The position numbers were made by a program, and so were the translations under genes. Shown here in pieces: positions 51,472-61,792 of a stretch of 64,000 bases of DNA. This DNA is from an uncultured Bacteroidota bacterium (GTDB lineage Bacteria; Bacteroidota; Ignavibacteria; UBA10030; UBA6906), in NCBI GenBank assembly GCA_963700635.1, contig CAVOYH010000003.1, forward strand, positions 832,001 through 896,000, given 5' to 3'. A model generated the notes under the pieces. It had not been told where the DNA came from. It saw only the letters and a list, made by a program, of their open reading frames with translations, and did no database searches. How positions within the stretch are numbered: the stretch's first letter is position 1; every line of letters starts with the position of its first letter.

Positions 51472-51816
51472 ATGATGGACAAGATCAAGCTTGTTGAAGC
51501 CACGCAGCTGAAGACCGGGATTCCGGACTTTGGACCGGGCGACACGATCAACGTGCACGTGCGCGTGGTCGAAGGTGACAAAGAACGCGTTCAGCAATTT
51601 CAGGGGGTGGTACTCGCCCGCCGCGGTGCAGGGATGAATGCCACCTTCACGGTCCGCAAGATCTCCGACGGTATCGGTGTGGAAAGGATTTTCCCGCTGC
51701 ACTCCCCCCGCATCGCGAAAATTGATCGGGTAAAACAAGGGTCAGTGCGACGTGCGAAACTCTACTATTTGCGCGAGCTGGCCAGCAAAGCTATCCGACA
51801 GAAGACCAACGCCTGA
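51472..51816 (+). CDS. rplS: 50S ribosomal protein L19
   Basis: PGDTINV, FTVRKIS.GIGVER and [10 protein letters not shown]. Confidence 0.97.
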   Translation: MMDKIKLVEATQLKTGIPDFGPGDTINVHVRVVEGDKERVQQFQGVVLARRGAGMNATFTVRKISDGIGVERIFPLHSPRIAKIDRVKQGSVRRAKLYYLRELASKAIRQKTNA

Positions 51817-51847
51817 CCATCGTCGTGTGTGTGAAACGCGGTAGCTC

Positions 51848-52690
51848 ATGACTTCCCCCCGCCGCCTTGGCGTCCCTCAGGACTTCTACTGTACGCCACT
51901 TGTTGCGTATCTGGCGGAACAGGACCTTTTCACGCGTCACCGCGACGTCACTGCCCGCCTTGCCCTGCAACTGCGTGAGCGCAAACTGGATGCGGCATTC
52001 CTTTCGCCGATAGACTATGGCCGTGAAAGTTCGGCGTACGAAATCGTTCCCGCTATCGGCATCAGCTCCGCGCAGGGCACCGGGACGGTATCTCTCATCT
52101 TCCGCGACGACCATTTACGGACCGTATCAACGGTGGGTGTGGATCCATCGTCTTCGGCAGAGATCGTGCTTGCAAAGATCATTCTGGCGGAACACTACGG
52201 ACTGGAACCGAAATTTGTGCCCGCGTCCGGACCGGTCGAACAGATCCTGTTGGAAACGGACGCTGTGGTGCTGGTTGGAGACCTTTCCTTGCGTGAAGTG
52301 GACCGCCATCCCAATCGTATCGATCTTGTGGACGCCTGGGCCGAAATGACAAACTTACCGTATGTCCACGGTGTCTGGTGTGCACATCACGGAATCCTGA
52401 CGCCGGCTCATGTCCAGTTTCTGCAGGTTGCGGCGGGCAAAGGAATCGTTTCACTCGATTCGCTTGCAGCGGAAATTCCACAGCAGCGTTTTCCCTCTCT
52501 GGGTCGTGCGCTTCTGGCGGACTATCTGCATGCTTTTTCCTACACGCTTACGGACCATGACCTCGATGGCTTTCAGGAGTTCCTGCGCTTCGCCTACTAT
52601 CACGGGGTTTTACCGGACGTTGGTGATCTGCATTTTTTCACGGACCCTTCTCCGGATACGCCGGACGGGAACCCAATCACTGCGCGTTGA
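51848..52690 (+). CDS. MqnA-like (chorismate dehydratase family) protein, divergent
   Basis: LDAAFLSPIDY, DAVVLVGD and DLVDAWAEMTNLPYVHGVW match the MqnA layout, but catalytic motifs are altered. Confidence 0.72.
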   Translation: MTSPRRLGVPQDFYCTPLVAYLAEQDLFTRHRDVTARLALQLRERKLDAAFLSPIDYGRESSAYEIVPAIGISSAQGTGTVSLIFRDDHLRTVSTVGVDPSSSAEIVLAKIILAEHYGLEPKFVPASGPVEQILLETDAVVLVGDLSLREVDRHPNRIDLVDAWAEMTNLPYVHGVWCAHHGILTPAHVQFLQVAAGKGIVSLDSLAAEIPQQRFPSLGRALLADYLHAFSYTLTDHDLDGFQEFLRFAYYHGVLPDVGDLHFFTDPSPDTPDGNPITAR

Positions 52691-52721
52691 ATCTTTCGGA
52701 AAAGATGGGTAGATTGACCGC

Positions 52722-54449
52722 ATGCTCAAGTCGCTGCTGATCAAGAACTACGCCCTCATCGAAGAGCTGAGCGTACCCCTCACCAGCGGTCTTGTGATCA
52801 TCACCGGCGAAACCGGCGCAGGCAAGTCGATCATCATTGACGCCCTCGGCCTCGTGCTCGGCGAACGTGCCAGTACCGAAGCGGTGCGGACCGGAGCCGA
52901 CAAGACCGTTGTGGAAGCTGTCTTCGATTGCACCGGCAATCCCAAGGTCACCGCCCTCCTTCATGCGAACGATCTGGATACGGCGGATGAATTGATCGTC
53001 CGCCGCGAAGTGTCTGTCAAAGGCCAGAGCCGCTGTTTCCTGAATGATTCCCCGGTAACACTTTCCCTGCTCAAACAGGTTGGCGAGTTGCTCGTGGACC
53101 TGCACGGTCAGCATGAACACCAGTCGCTTCTGCGCGTCGACACCCATGGTGCGATGGTGGATGATTTCGGGGGACTGGAGGGGATGGTGCAGGAATACCG
53201 GGCGATGTTCCAGCGGCTCAAAGCAGCAATCACGGAACTTGAAACCCTCCGTGCAAAAGAGCACCAGCTTCGTGAACGGAGGGAATTCTCCCTCTTCCAG
53301 GCGCAGGAAATTGACGCCGTGGCTCCGCTGCCCGGGGAAGAGGATCGACTTGAGACCGATCTCCGGATTCTTGAGAATAGCGAACGCCTGTACGCGGCGA
53401 CAGGCGAGCTCTACACACAGCTGTATGAGAGCGAGCGGTCCGCACATGACGTGCTGGTGATCGCCAGGAATCAGCTGCATGCCCTGGCGGCGATTGATCC
53501 TCAGTTTGCCGATGCCGCGCGTGAATGCTCCTCGGCTGAAGCGATTGTCAATGAACTGGCGAAGTTTATCCAGGCCTACAATGCGCGCGTGGAATTTGCG
53601 CCGGAGCGACTCGAGGCCTTACGCGAACGGCTGGGCCGGGTCTCATTCCTGAAAAAGAAGTACGGCGGGTCCGTCGAAAGTATCCTCAGCCATCGCGAGG
53701 CCCTCCGGGAGGAACTTGAGCTTTCGGAGAATTTTGAGGAAGTGATCAGCACGTTGCGGGCCGAGGTGGATTCCCAGCGGCAACTGTGCGGGATGCAGGC
53801 TGAACGGATATCGGTAAAACGCCACGAGGTGGCAAAAAAGATAGACAAAGCCATCGTACAGGAACTGGCAAGACTCGGCATTGTCAACGCGCGGTTCAGC
53901 ACGCGCATCACCCAGGATGGTGTTTCAACAAAGGGCAACACTGCGGGTCAGCTGCCGCCCGACGGGGTGGTGCGGGGGAAAACGGTGGTCCGGCTGAATA
54001 CGCGGGGCTACGATCATGTGGAATTTTATGTGGCGACAAACCCCGGTGAAGAAGAAAAGCCCCTCACCAAAGTTGCATCCGGCGGCGAGGTGTCGCGTAT
54101 CATGCTCGCACTCAAGAGTATTCTGGCAAAAAGTGATCGCCTCCCGGTGCTGATCTTCGATGAAATTGATGTCGGGGTCAGCGGGCGCATTGCACAAGCC
54201 GTCGGGGCAAGCATGAAAACCCTGGCCGGGTTTCACCAGGTTATCGCGATTACCCATCTCCCGCAAATCGCAGGATTTGCCGACGCACACTTTGTGGTCA
54301 CCAAAGAGGAACTTCACGGACGCGCTCTTACATCGCTCCGCCGGCTTACGCTGGAAGAGCAGGTCGAGGAAGTTGCCCGCCTGATGAGCGGTGCTCAGGT
54401 AACTGATGCCGGTCTTACCGGCGCGCGTGAACTCATGGGACTCCGATAA
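52722..54449 (+). CDS. recN: DNA repair protein RecN
   Basis: TGETGAGKS, HGQHEHQ, ASGGEVSR, FDEID and ITHLPQIA; TTGAAT-N17-TAGATT promoter at 52687-52715. Confidence 0.97.
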   Translation: MLKSLLIKNYALIEELSVPLTSGLVIITGETGAGKSIIIDALGLVLGERASTEAVRTGADKTVVEAVFDCTGNPKVTALLHANDLDTADELIVRREVSVKGQSRCFLNDSPVTLSLLKQVGELLVDLHGQHEHQSLLRVDTHGAMVDDFGGLEGMVQEYRAMFQRLKAAITELETLRAKEHQLRERREFSLFQAQEIDAVAPLPGEEDRLETDLRILENSERLYAATGELYTQLYESERSAHDVLVIARNQLHALAAIDPQFADAARECSSAEAIVNELAKFIQAYNARVEFAPERLEALRERLGRVSFLKKKYGGSVESILSHREALREELELSENFEEVISTLRAEVDSQRQLCGMQAERISVKRHEVAKKIDKAIVQELARLGIVNARFSTRITQDGVSTKGNTAGQLPPDGVVRGKTVVRLNTRGYDHVEFYVATNPGEEEKPLTKVASGGEVSRIMLALKSILAKSDRLPVLIFDEIDVGVSGRIAQAVGASMKTLAGFHQVIAITHLPQIAGFADAHFVVTKEELHGRALTSLRRLTLEEQVEEVARLMSGAQVTDAGLTGARELMGLR

Positions 54450-55910
54450 TGCCCCTTGTCATCTACAATACGCTTACCCGTTCGTTAGAGCCGTTTCGTC
54501 CGATCGAAGAAAATCTCGTCCGTATGTATGTCTGCGGACCGACCGTGTATGGCGATTCCCATCTCGGTCATGCCAAAAGTTACGTGTCCTTTGATGTCAT
54601 CGTTCGCTATCTGCGGTCCCTCGGGTATACGGTGCTGTATGTACAGAACATTACGGATGTGGGTCACCTGACCGATGATGCCGACGAGGGAGACGATAAA
54701 CTGCTCAAACAGGCACGTCTTGACCGGATGCATCCCATGCAGGTGGCAGAGCGATATACCAGGAGCTATTTTGAGGACATGGACGCCCTCCGGGTTCTCC
54801 GACCGGACATCTCGCCCCGCGCCACCGGACATATCACCGAGCAGATCGATCTGGTGAAAGAACTGCTCGCCTGCGGGCTTGCCTATGAAGCGAATGGCTC
54901 GGTCTATTTTAGCGTGCACAAATTTGCCGGCTATGGAAAACTTTCCCGACGCGCACTCGATGATATGAGTTCCGGGGTCCGCATCGACGTAAAATCCGAG
55001 AAACGCCATCCAGCTGACTTTGCCCTCTGGAAAAGGGCAGAGTCAGGCCACATCATGCGATGGACCAGTCCCTGGGGCGAGGGCTTTCCCGGATGGCACC
55101 TGGAATGCTCGGCCATGTCCATGAAGTACCTCGGGCAGAGTTTTGATATTCATGGGGGCGGACTCGATAATCAGTTCCCACACCATGAATGCGAGATCGC
55201 GCAGAGTGAGGGCGTGACGGGAAAACCGTTTGTGAAATACTGGCTGCACAACAATATGGTCACGGTCGAAGGTCGAAAGATGGGCAAGTCACTGGGTAAC
55301 TTCATCACCCTGAAGGACGCATTTGCCCGATGGTCGGCCCCGGTGGTCCGGTTCTTCATTCTCCAGAGTCACTACCGCAGCACGCTTGATTTTAGCGCAG
55401 ACGCCGTCGGAGGTGCAGCCAAAGGACTCGAACGACTCCACGGGACGATCAGACAGGTTAACGGGCAGATTGGCGTGGCGCCTCTTGAAGGGACACCTTC
55501 CGGTATCGATCTCGACGCTTTCGACCAACGATTTCGTGCGGCCATGGACGAAGACTTTAATGCGCCCCAGGCGATTGCAGTGCTCTTTGATCTCTCACGG
55601 GAGGTGAATACCGCGCTTCAACGCGGGACACCGCTTGTTGCGCGGGATGTGGAAGCGATACATTCTTTCTTCAAAAAGTATGCGGGCGATATTCTTGGTA
55701 CTCTGCCCGGTGAGGCGGTGCAGAGCCGCGACGATAAACGTCTTGACGATGGGCTCATGGCGCTTCTGCTGTCGTTGCGTGCCGATCTGCGGAAAGAGAA
55801 ACTCGGCATTATCCGACACGATACGTGACGGACTGAGTCAACTCGGTATTGTGCTGGAAGACAGCAAAGAGGGCACGAAGTGGAAACACACTCCACAGGG
55901 AAAACCGTGA
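54449..55910 (+). CDS. cysS: Cysteine--tRNA ligase, with a +1 frameshift near 55800-55806
   Basis: [30 protein letters not shown] and KMGKS. The conserved tail [26 protein letters not shown] lies in the next frame and ends at TGA 55910. Confidence 0.93.
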
Positions 55911-56665
55911 GGTCGACGATTGTCCTTCTGGTCCTGCTTGCCGGCCGTCTCTGGGGGCAGGGCGCCGCGGGAACCGCCGGAGGGCTTGAACCCCGCTTTC
56001 TTGTTGATGTGCCGACGGCAGGTATGCTCGACAAAGGTGCGGTTGCACTGGATGTGGATTTCTATCAGGAAGGCGGCGTGCTACTCGGGATCTCGGCAGG
56101 GATTCTGGATCGTCTCAGTTTTGGGATCTCCTACGGCGGGTCACGGCTCCTCGGCACTTCATCTCCCGAGATGAATGAGATCCCCGCAATTAATGTGCGG
56201 CTGAGAATTATTGAAGAGAGCCTGGTGTTTCCTGCAATCGCGTGCGGATTTGATTCACAGGGAAAAGATGGATACCTGAAAGAGCAGGACCGGTACCGGA
56301 TCAAATCCCCGGGGTTCTTTGCCGTCGCAAGCAAAAACTATACGCTCCTGGGATACTTCAGTATTCATGGTGGCGTGAATTACAGTCTGGAACGAGCCGA
56401 CGGTGATCGCGACATCAATGTGTTTGCAGGCGCCGAAAAGACCATCGGGCCCGTTCTGTCACTCGTTGCTGAGTATAACATCGGCATGAACGATAACAGT
56501 GGAAAGGCGATAGGGAAGGGGCGGGGGTATCTGAATGCCGGGTTGAAGATTTCTCTGGGCAGCGGATTGACCCTGGGTGTGAACATGAAGGACATCATCA
56601 AGAACGGACGGGATATCACGGTCGCCAATCGAACGGTACACCTCGAATACGCGCGGCCTTTCTAA
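55907..56665 (+). CDS. Putative outer-membrane beta-barrel protein (YjbH-like)
   Basis: Signal peptide, LVDVPTAG.L, amphipathic strands and C-terminal Phe; GTGA overlap with the corrected cysS stop. Confidence 0.7.
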   Translation: MRSTIVLLVLLAGRLWGQGAAGTAGGLEPRFLVDVPTAGMLDKGAVALDVDFYQEGGVLLGISAGILDRLSFGISYGGSRLLGTSSPEMNEIPAINVRLRIIEESLVFPAIACGFDSQGKDGYLKEQDRYRIKSPGFFAVASKNYTLLGYFSIHGGVNYSLERADGDRDINVFAGAEKTIGPVLSLVAEYNIGMNDNSGKAIGKGRGYLNAGLKISLGSGLTLGVNMKDIIKNGRDITVANRTVHLEYARPF

Positions 56666-56773
56666 GACATCCGGTGTCCCCTTTTATAGACGGTGTGTTC
56701 ACGATAGTCCATTTCACCCCCCCCGACCTCCCGATATCCCTCCAAATTCGCTATATGGGGTTCTTTTTCAAGA

Positions 56774-56788
56774 TGGCATTGATCTTGT
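56774..56788 (+). promoter_or_regulatory. Possible sigma54 (-24/-12) promoter
   Basis: TGGCAT-TGATC-TTGT has correct GG-N10-G spacing but GT instead of GC at -12. Confidence 0.4.
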
Positions 56789-56820
56789 GATATTCCTGTA
56801 CAGATGAGGAGGATATACCC

Positions 56821-57765
56821 ATGAACACGCAAACCGGCCGAATCCTATTACCCGCAGGGCTACTCCTGCTGGGACTCTGGAGTGCGGGCTGCTATACCCA
56901 GCTCGGGTCCGTGGAAGAGGAACAGCGTTACGCTTATGAGGCCGAAAGGCAATATGTCGAGCAGGACACCGTATCGACAGACGACTACGAACAGGCCCGG
57001 AACGAGTTTTATGATGGCTCCTACAACTACTATTATCCATCCCTGAGCATCGGGTATGGCTACGGATATCCCTGGTACTGGCGCAACCAATCGTGGTACT
57101 ATTATGATCCATATTGGGGCGATCCATACTCCGGGTGGTGCGGTACGTACTATCCGGGGTATTATGGGTGGTGGTCATCCCCGGTTGTCATCGGGTACAG
57201 GCCGTACTACGGATACGGATCAGTCGGTCATCCAGGTGCTGGTTATGCCACTCGGGGTGGGGGGACGTACGGCACAACACGAACGTTTGGTTCCACCCGG
57301 ACATCGGGGTCCACCCGGGGCGGCAGTGCAGATCAGTACGCACCACCGTCCGGCCGCACGGGTTCAGCAGATGGTACCTCCTCGTTGCCCACGGGCCGGG
57401 TTTCATCCGGACGCAGGGGAACGACGACAGAACGCGGTGGCACAACAATGGACAAAGGATCAACACGGAGCTCTGGCGGGCGTGATGGAAGTGTCCGGAG
57501 AGAAGCACCCCGGTCTGCTCCGCGCCCGAGCAGTGGCGGACGATCGACCCGTGGGCAGGAACGGACATCTCCTCCGCCTCCTTCATCGGGCGGAAGTTCC
57601 GGATCAAGTACACCTCCGGATCGTGGTGGGGTAAGGCAATCGCCACCACCGTCATCTCCACCTCCATCGTCACCGCCACCATCATCATCCGGCTCGAGCG
57701 GCAGCAGCGGCAGTGGTAGCAGTGCGCCAACCAATACCGGTTCACGCGGCGGCAACCGGCGCTGA
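56821..57765 (+). CDS. Lipoprotein with Tyr/Gly/Trp-rich core and disordered Ser/Gly/Arg/Pro tail
   Basis: WSAG-C lipobox; GAGGAGG RBS; low-complexity composition. Confidence 0.78.
   Translation: MNTQTGRILLPAGLLLLGLWSAGCYTQLGSVEEEQRYAYEAERQYVEQDTVSTDDYEQARNEFYDGSYNYYYPSLSIGYGYGYPWYWRNQSWYYYDPYWGDPYSGWCGTYYPGYYGWWSSPVVIGYRPYYGYGSVGHPGAGYATRGGGTYGTTRTFGSTRTSGSTRGGSADQYAPPSGRTGSADGTSSLPTGRVSSGRRGTTTERGGTTMDKGSTRSSGGRDGSVRREAPRSAPRPSSGGRSTRGQERTSPPPPSSGGSSGSSTPPDRGGVRQSPPPSSPPPSSPPPSSSGSSGSSGSGSSAPTNTGSRGGNRR
57643..57687 (+). repeat. Three imperfect 15-bp tandem repeats encoding PPPSS
   Basis: ccaccaccgtcatct / ccacctccatcgtca / ccgccaccatcatca. Confidence 0.8.
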
Positions 57766-57783
57766 TTCAAAGAAGAGGAAACC

Positions 57784-59217
57784 ATGAAACATCGACGCAG
57801 TATACTTCTCACGTTTATGATAGCCGGCCTTGTCACGGTTGTGCAAGCACAGTTTCCGGAAGACGCGCTCCGCCTGGCTACCTCCGGTCTTGGCGTAGGA
57901 GCGAGAGCTCTCAGCATGGGCAATGCGTATACCGGTGTGGCGAGCGACTTCAGCGCCATCTACTGGAATCCGGCCGGACTCGCCCAGCTTTCGCACAGCG
58001 AGTTCTCGGCGGGCCTGTCATATCTGACGAACAAGAACAACAGCATGTTCTTCGGTACCCAGGAGGCATACTCCAACAGCGCGACCAATCTGAACACCCT
58101 GGGTCTTGTGCACAAGGTGCCGACCAGCCGTGGAAATCTAGCCATTGCGTTTGGCTATAACCGGCAGTCAAACTTCACCTCAGGTCTGTCGTTCACAGGG
58201 TTCAACGCCGGCAGCAGCATCATCCAGACATACGCGCGAGATGGCGCTCAGTATCCATCCGATATCTCCGATAATATCGCCTATCAGTTGTATCTTGCAG
58301 ATATTGATACCCTGCGCGGAACGTTTATCAGCCCGATCACCAACCGCCTGACGCAGGTAGCAACCGTCATCGAGGGTGGAGGCCTCAACAACTGGTCTCT
58401 TGCGGGTGCCGTGGATGTCGCGAAAGAACTGTCTCTGGGTGTGACCCTCACGTACCTGTCCGGCAGATACCGTTACGACCGCACCTATGAGGAACAGGAC
58501 CGTCTGGGCATCTATAACACATTCCCCTACGACTTCAACAGGTTAACCCTTGACGAGTATATTGAAAGCGACATCTCGGGTGTGAACGCAAAGTTCGGAA
58601 TGCTCTATCGTGTCCCCGACCGATTCCGTTTTGGAATTTCCATCAAGACACCAACAGCTTTTAGTGTAAAGGAGTCTTTCGGGTCGTTCGCGCGTGCGTA
58701 TTTTGATAACGGCGATGTCCGTCCGGGCGATTCTCCCCTGGAATCCACGGCGACCGGTGAATATGATGTGCATACGCCATGGGTTTTTACCGCGGGTGCG
58801 TCACTGATCATCCAGGATCTCGTCCTGTCGGGTGACGTGGAGTATACGGACTGGACACAGATGGAATTTGTCAACGCAAACGCCGATGTCCTGGCACAGA
58901 ATAAGGACTTTAAGACGCTTTTCCGTCCGACAGCGAACCTGCGGGGTGGACTGGAATATGATATCAAACAGCTGGGTGTGCGACTCAGGGGCGGATTTAT
59001 CTACAATAGCTCCCCGTACGAAGGAGACCCATCGGTCTACGACCAGAAATACGTGACAGGAGGAGTGGGTATCCTGTTGAGTGGATCCACCATGCTGGAT
59101 CTCACCTATGCCCGGGGGTGGTGGGAAACATTCCGGTACAACTACAACAGCACCTCGCGAACAGACGAGAAGATCACAACAAATACCTTCTTGATGACAT
59201 TTTCCCATCGGTTTTAA
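57784..59217 (+). CDS. OmpP1/FadL family outer-membrane transporter
   Basis: GARALSMGNAYTGVASDFSAIYWNPAGLA; C-terminal FSHRF. Confidence 0.88.
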   Translation: MKHRRSILLTFMIAGLVTVVQAQFPEDALRLATSGLGVGARALSMGNAYTGVASDFSAIYWNPAGLAQLSHSEFSAGLSYLTNKNNSMFFGTQEAYSNSATNLNTLGLVHKVPTSRGNLAIAFGYNRQSNFTSGLSFTGFNAGSSIIQTYARDGAQYPSDISDNIAYQLYLADIDTLRGTFISPITNRLTQVATVIEGGGLNNWSLAGAVDVAKELSLGVTLTYLSGRYRYDRTYEEQDRLGIYNTFPYDFNRLTLDEYIESDISGVNAKFGMLYRVPDRFRFGISIKTPTAFSVKESFGSFARAYFDNGDVRPGDSPLESTATGEYDVHTPWVFTAGASLIIQDLVLSGDVEYTDWTQMEFVNANADVLAQNKDFKTLFRPTANLRGGLEYDIKQLGVRLRGGFIYNSSPYEGDPSVYDQKYVTGGVGILLSGSTMLDLTYARGWWETFRYNYNSTSRTDEKITTNTFLMTFSHRF

Positions 59218-59371
59218 TCGTCACGCGCAGCGTGCCGGACCAGACACCTCCCTCTCCGGTCGCACCGTGTGACGTCGGGACGGTTTGCATCAGTTGTGGC
59301 TGTTCGATATATTCAAGTCCATCATTGACTACCATGATGGACTTTTTGTTTTCACAGCCAGTGGAACGGAC

Positions 59372-61792
59372 ATGAACCGTCGTGCCCGGGTGTTGATCGG
59401 GGTAATGGGCGTTCTCGTCGTGTTGGTCATCGCACTCTTCTTTTTCGCCCGGTATCAACTGACGAAAGCCTTCCCCCGGACCTCGGGATCGCTGGCCCTG
59501 CCGGGGTTGACTGAGGACGTGCGTATCCTGCGCGACGGATACGGTATTCCCCGTATTGTGGCCGCAAACGAGCATGACGCGTTTTTCGCCCTGGGTGTCG
59601 TTCATGCACAGGATCGCCTCTGGCAGATGGATATGCAGCGGCGTGCAGCCGAAGGGCGGCTCTCCGAGCTCTTCGGCACGGCTACACTTCCGTTCGACAG
59701 GATGTTCCGTATTGTCGGTCTGCGGCGAATTGCCCAGCGTATTGAGCGTTCCCTCCCCGATGAGACCCGGCAACGCCTTCAGTGGTACAGTGATGGCGTT
59801 AATGCATGGCGGGAACATAGCCACGGCACGTTTCCGATCGAGTTTGATCTGCTGCGTTACGAACCCGAGCCATGGACCCCCGCACACTCCATCCTGGTCG
59901 CCCGTCTGATCGCATGGGAACTCAACCTGTCATGGTGGACCGATATTACCTATGGAGCGCTGCAAGAAAAGCTGGGCAGTGTCATGGTGAGCGAGATCCT
60001 TCCGACGTATCCGCCGGATGCCCCGCGGATGGTTCCACGTGAGGATGTGAGGAGACATGAGGGTATCGCTTTGGCATATCTGCATACTGCTCAGGCGTAC
60101 CGTGTTTTTATGGGACGCCCGCTCGCCCCCGGAGGAAGTAATGCCTGGGCTCTTCGACCATCCCTCTCCACGACAGGAGGAGCCATTCTTGCCAACGACA
60201 CGCACCTGCACCTGACTGTGCCGTCACAATGGTATGAAGTACAGTACGGCATGCCCGGACTGCTTGTACGCGGCATGTCGGTACCGGGTGTGCCCGGCGT
60301 GGTCACCGGACGTAACGATTCTATTGCGTGGGGTGTCACCAACCTGATGGCCGATGATGCGGACTTTTACATCGAGCGTGTGAATGAAGAAGAAGGCACG
60401 TACCTTTGGGATGGGCGCTGGATCCCGCTGGAGATCATCGAAGAAGACATTAGTGTGCGCGATGACACAACAGTCACCCTGCGCGTGCGGAGTACACAAC
60501 ACGGACCGATTGTGACTGATATTCAAACACCGTTGAGCCGTGCCCGGCCGGGCTTTGTCGCAAGTATGCGCTGGGTTGGGGCCGAAACCGATGACCCGGT
60601 GGGTGCATTCCTGGCCATCAACAAAGCCCGCTCCTGGTCTGAGTTTCTTCAGGGCCTTCGCCTGTTCACCGTCCCCGGTCAGAATTTCGTCTACGCTGAC
60701 ACAAGAGGAAACATCGGATACGCCTGTGCTGCACGCTTGCCGGTTCGGAATGCCGGACAGGGTCTCATCCCGGTGGCAGGGTGGGAAAAACTTTCCGGGT
60801 GGACCGGCTTCGTTCCCTTTGACCGGCTTCCCCGCCTGTTCAACCCACCCTCCGGATATGTCGCGAGTGCCAACAATAAAGTGACTGATGACCGGTATCC
60901 GTACTTCATCAGCGATCTCTGGGAGCCACCATCCCGGATTGTGCGCCTGCATGCTGTGCTTGGACAACCCGGAGCACGGTTCTCGGTACGTGATTGTGAG
61001 CGGTTGCAAAATGACACGTATTCTTCACTTGCCCACGATCTCCAGCCCTTGCTGATCGGAGTCTGCGCGGATAGTGTGATCGGGCGGGAACACGGAGAGC
61101 ACATTCGTGCATATCTGCAGAACTGGAACTACGAATTTGCGCGCGAGGATATCGCAACAAGCATCTACCAGACATTTCTTGTACGGCTCCTCCGTAACAT
61201 CTATCAGGATGAAATGGGGGAAGATCTTTTTCATGATTTTTGCGTGTTGGTGAATGTTCCCACCCGCGTGACGCAACACCTGCTCCAGAAAGGGACGTCC
61301 GTGTGGTTCGATGATGTTCGCACGACTGACATTGAAACGATGGATGATATCCTCCGCCGGAGCGCCCGCGAAGCGATTGAGGAACTGATTGCTCGATTTG
61401 GCACTGACACCCGTACATGGCGGTGGGGAGACCTCCATACGGTGACACTCCAGCATCCCTTCGGACTGAAAAAGCCACTGGACAAGCTGTTCAGCATTGG
61501 CCCGTTTGGCTACCCCGGTGGATCAACAGCCCTCATGAGCGGTGAATACAGCCTCACCGACCCTTTCTTTGTCACGGTTGGTGCATCGTACCGGCAGATC
61601 TTTGATCTTGCGGACAGCTCCGGCTACAGGTCGATCCTGCCATCCGGTCAGTCCGGACAGGTATTCCATCGCCACTATGATGACCAGACATCGTTGTGGC
61701 TCTTCGGGGGATACCGCACGGTGACATCGGATCCGGAACGTGAAGATCTGGAAGAGCTTCTGCTCCGGCCGCGTGGAGGCGCGCAGCCATGA
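59372..61792 (+). CDS. Penicillin acylase family (S45) Ntn-hydrolase
   Basis: RDGYGIPRI, AQDRLWQM, G-SNAWA (Ser nucleophile), LANDTHL and GQSGQ; TTGCAT-N17-TATATT promoter at 59285-59313. Confidence 0.92.
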   Translation: MNRRARVLIGVMGVLVVLVIALFFFARYQLTKAFPRTSGSLALPGLTEDVRILRDGYGIPRIVAANEHDAFFALGVVHAQDRLWQMDMQRRAAEGRLSELFGTATLPFDRMFRIVGLRRIAQRIERSLPDETRQRLQWYSDGVNAWREHSHGTFPIEFDLLRYEPEPWTPAHSILVARLIAWELNLSWWTDITYGALQEKLGSVMVSEILPTYPPDAPRMVPREDVRRHEGIALAYLHTAQAYRVFMGRPLAPGGSNAWALRPSLSTTGGAILANDTHLHLTVPSQWYEVQYGMPGLLVRGMSVPGVPGVVTGRNDSIAWGVTNLMADDADFYIERVNEEEGTYLWDGRWIPLEIIEEDISVRDDTTVTLRVRSTQHGPIVTDIQTPLSRARPGFVASMRWVGAETDDPVGAFLAINKARSWSEFLQGLRLFTVPGQNFVYADTRGNIGYACAARLPVRNAGQGLIPVAGWEKLSGWTGFVPFDRLPRLFNPPSGYVASANNKVTDDRYPYFISDLWEPPSRIVRLHAVLGQPGARFSVRDCERLQNDTYSSLAHDLQPLLIGVCADSVIGREHGEHIRAYLQNWNYEFAREDIATSIYQTFLVRLLRNIYQDEMGEDLFHDFCVLVNVPTRVTQHLLQKGTSVWFDDVRTTDIETMDDILRRSAREAIEELIARFGTDTRTWRWGDLHTVTLQHPFGLKKPLDKLFSIGPFGYPGGSTALMSGEYSLTDPFFVTVGASYRQIFDLADSSGYRSILPSGQSGQVFHRHYDDQTSLWLFGGYRTVTSDPEREDLEELLLRPRGGAQP

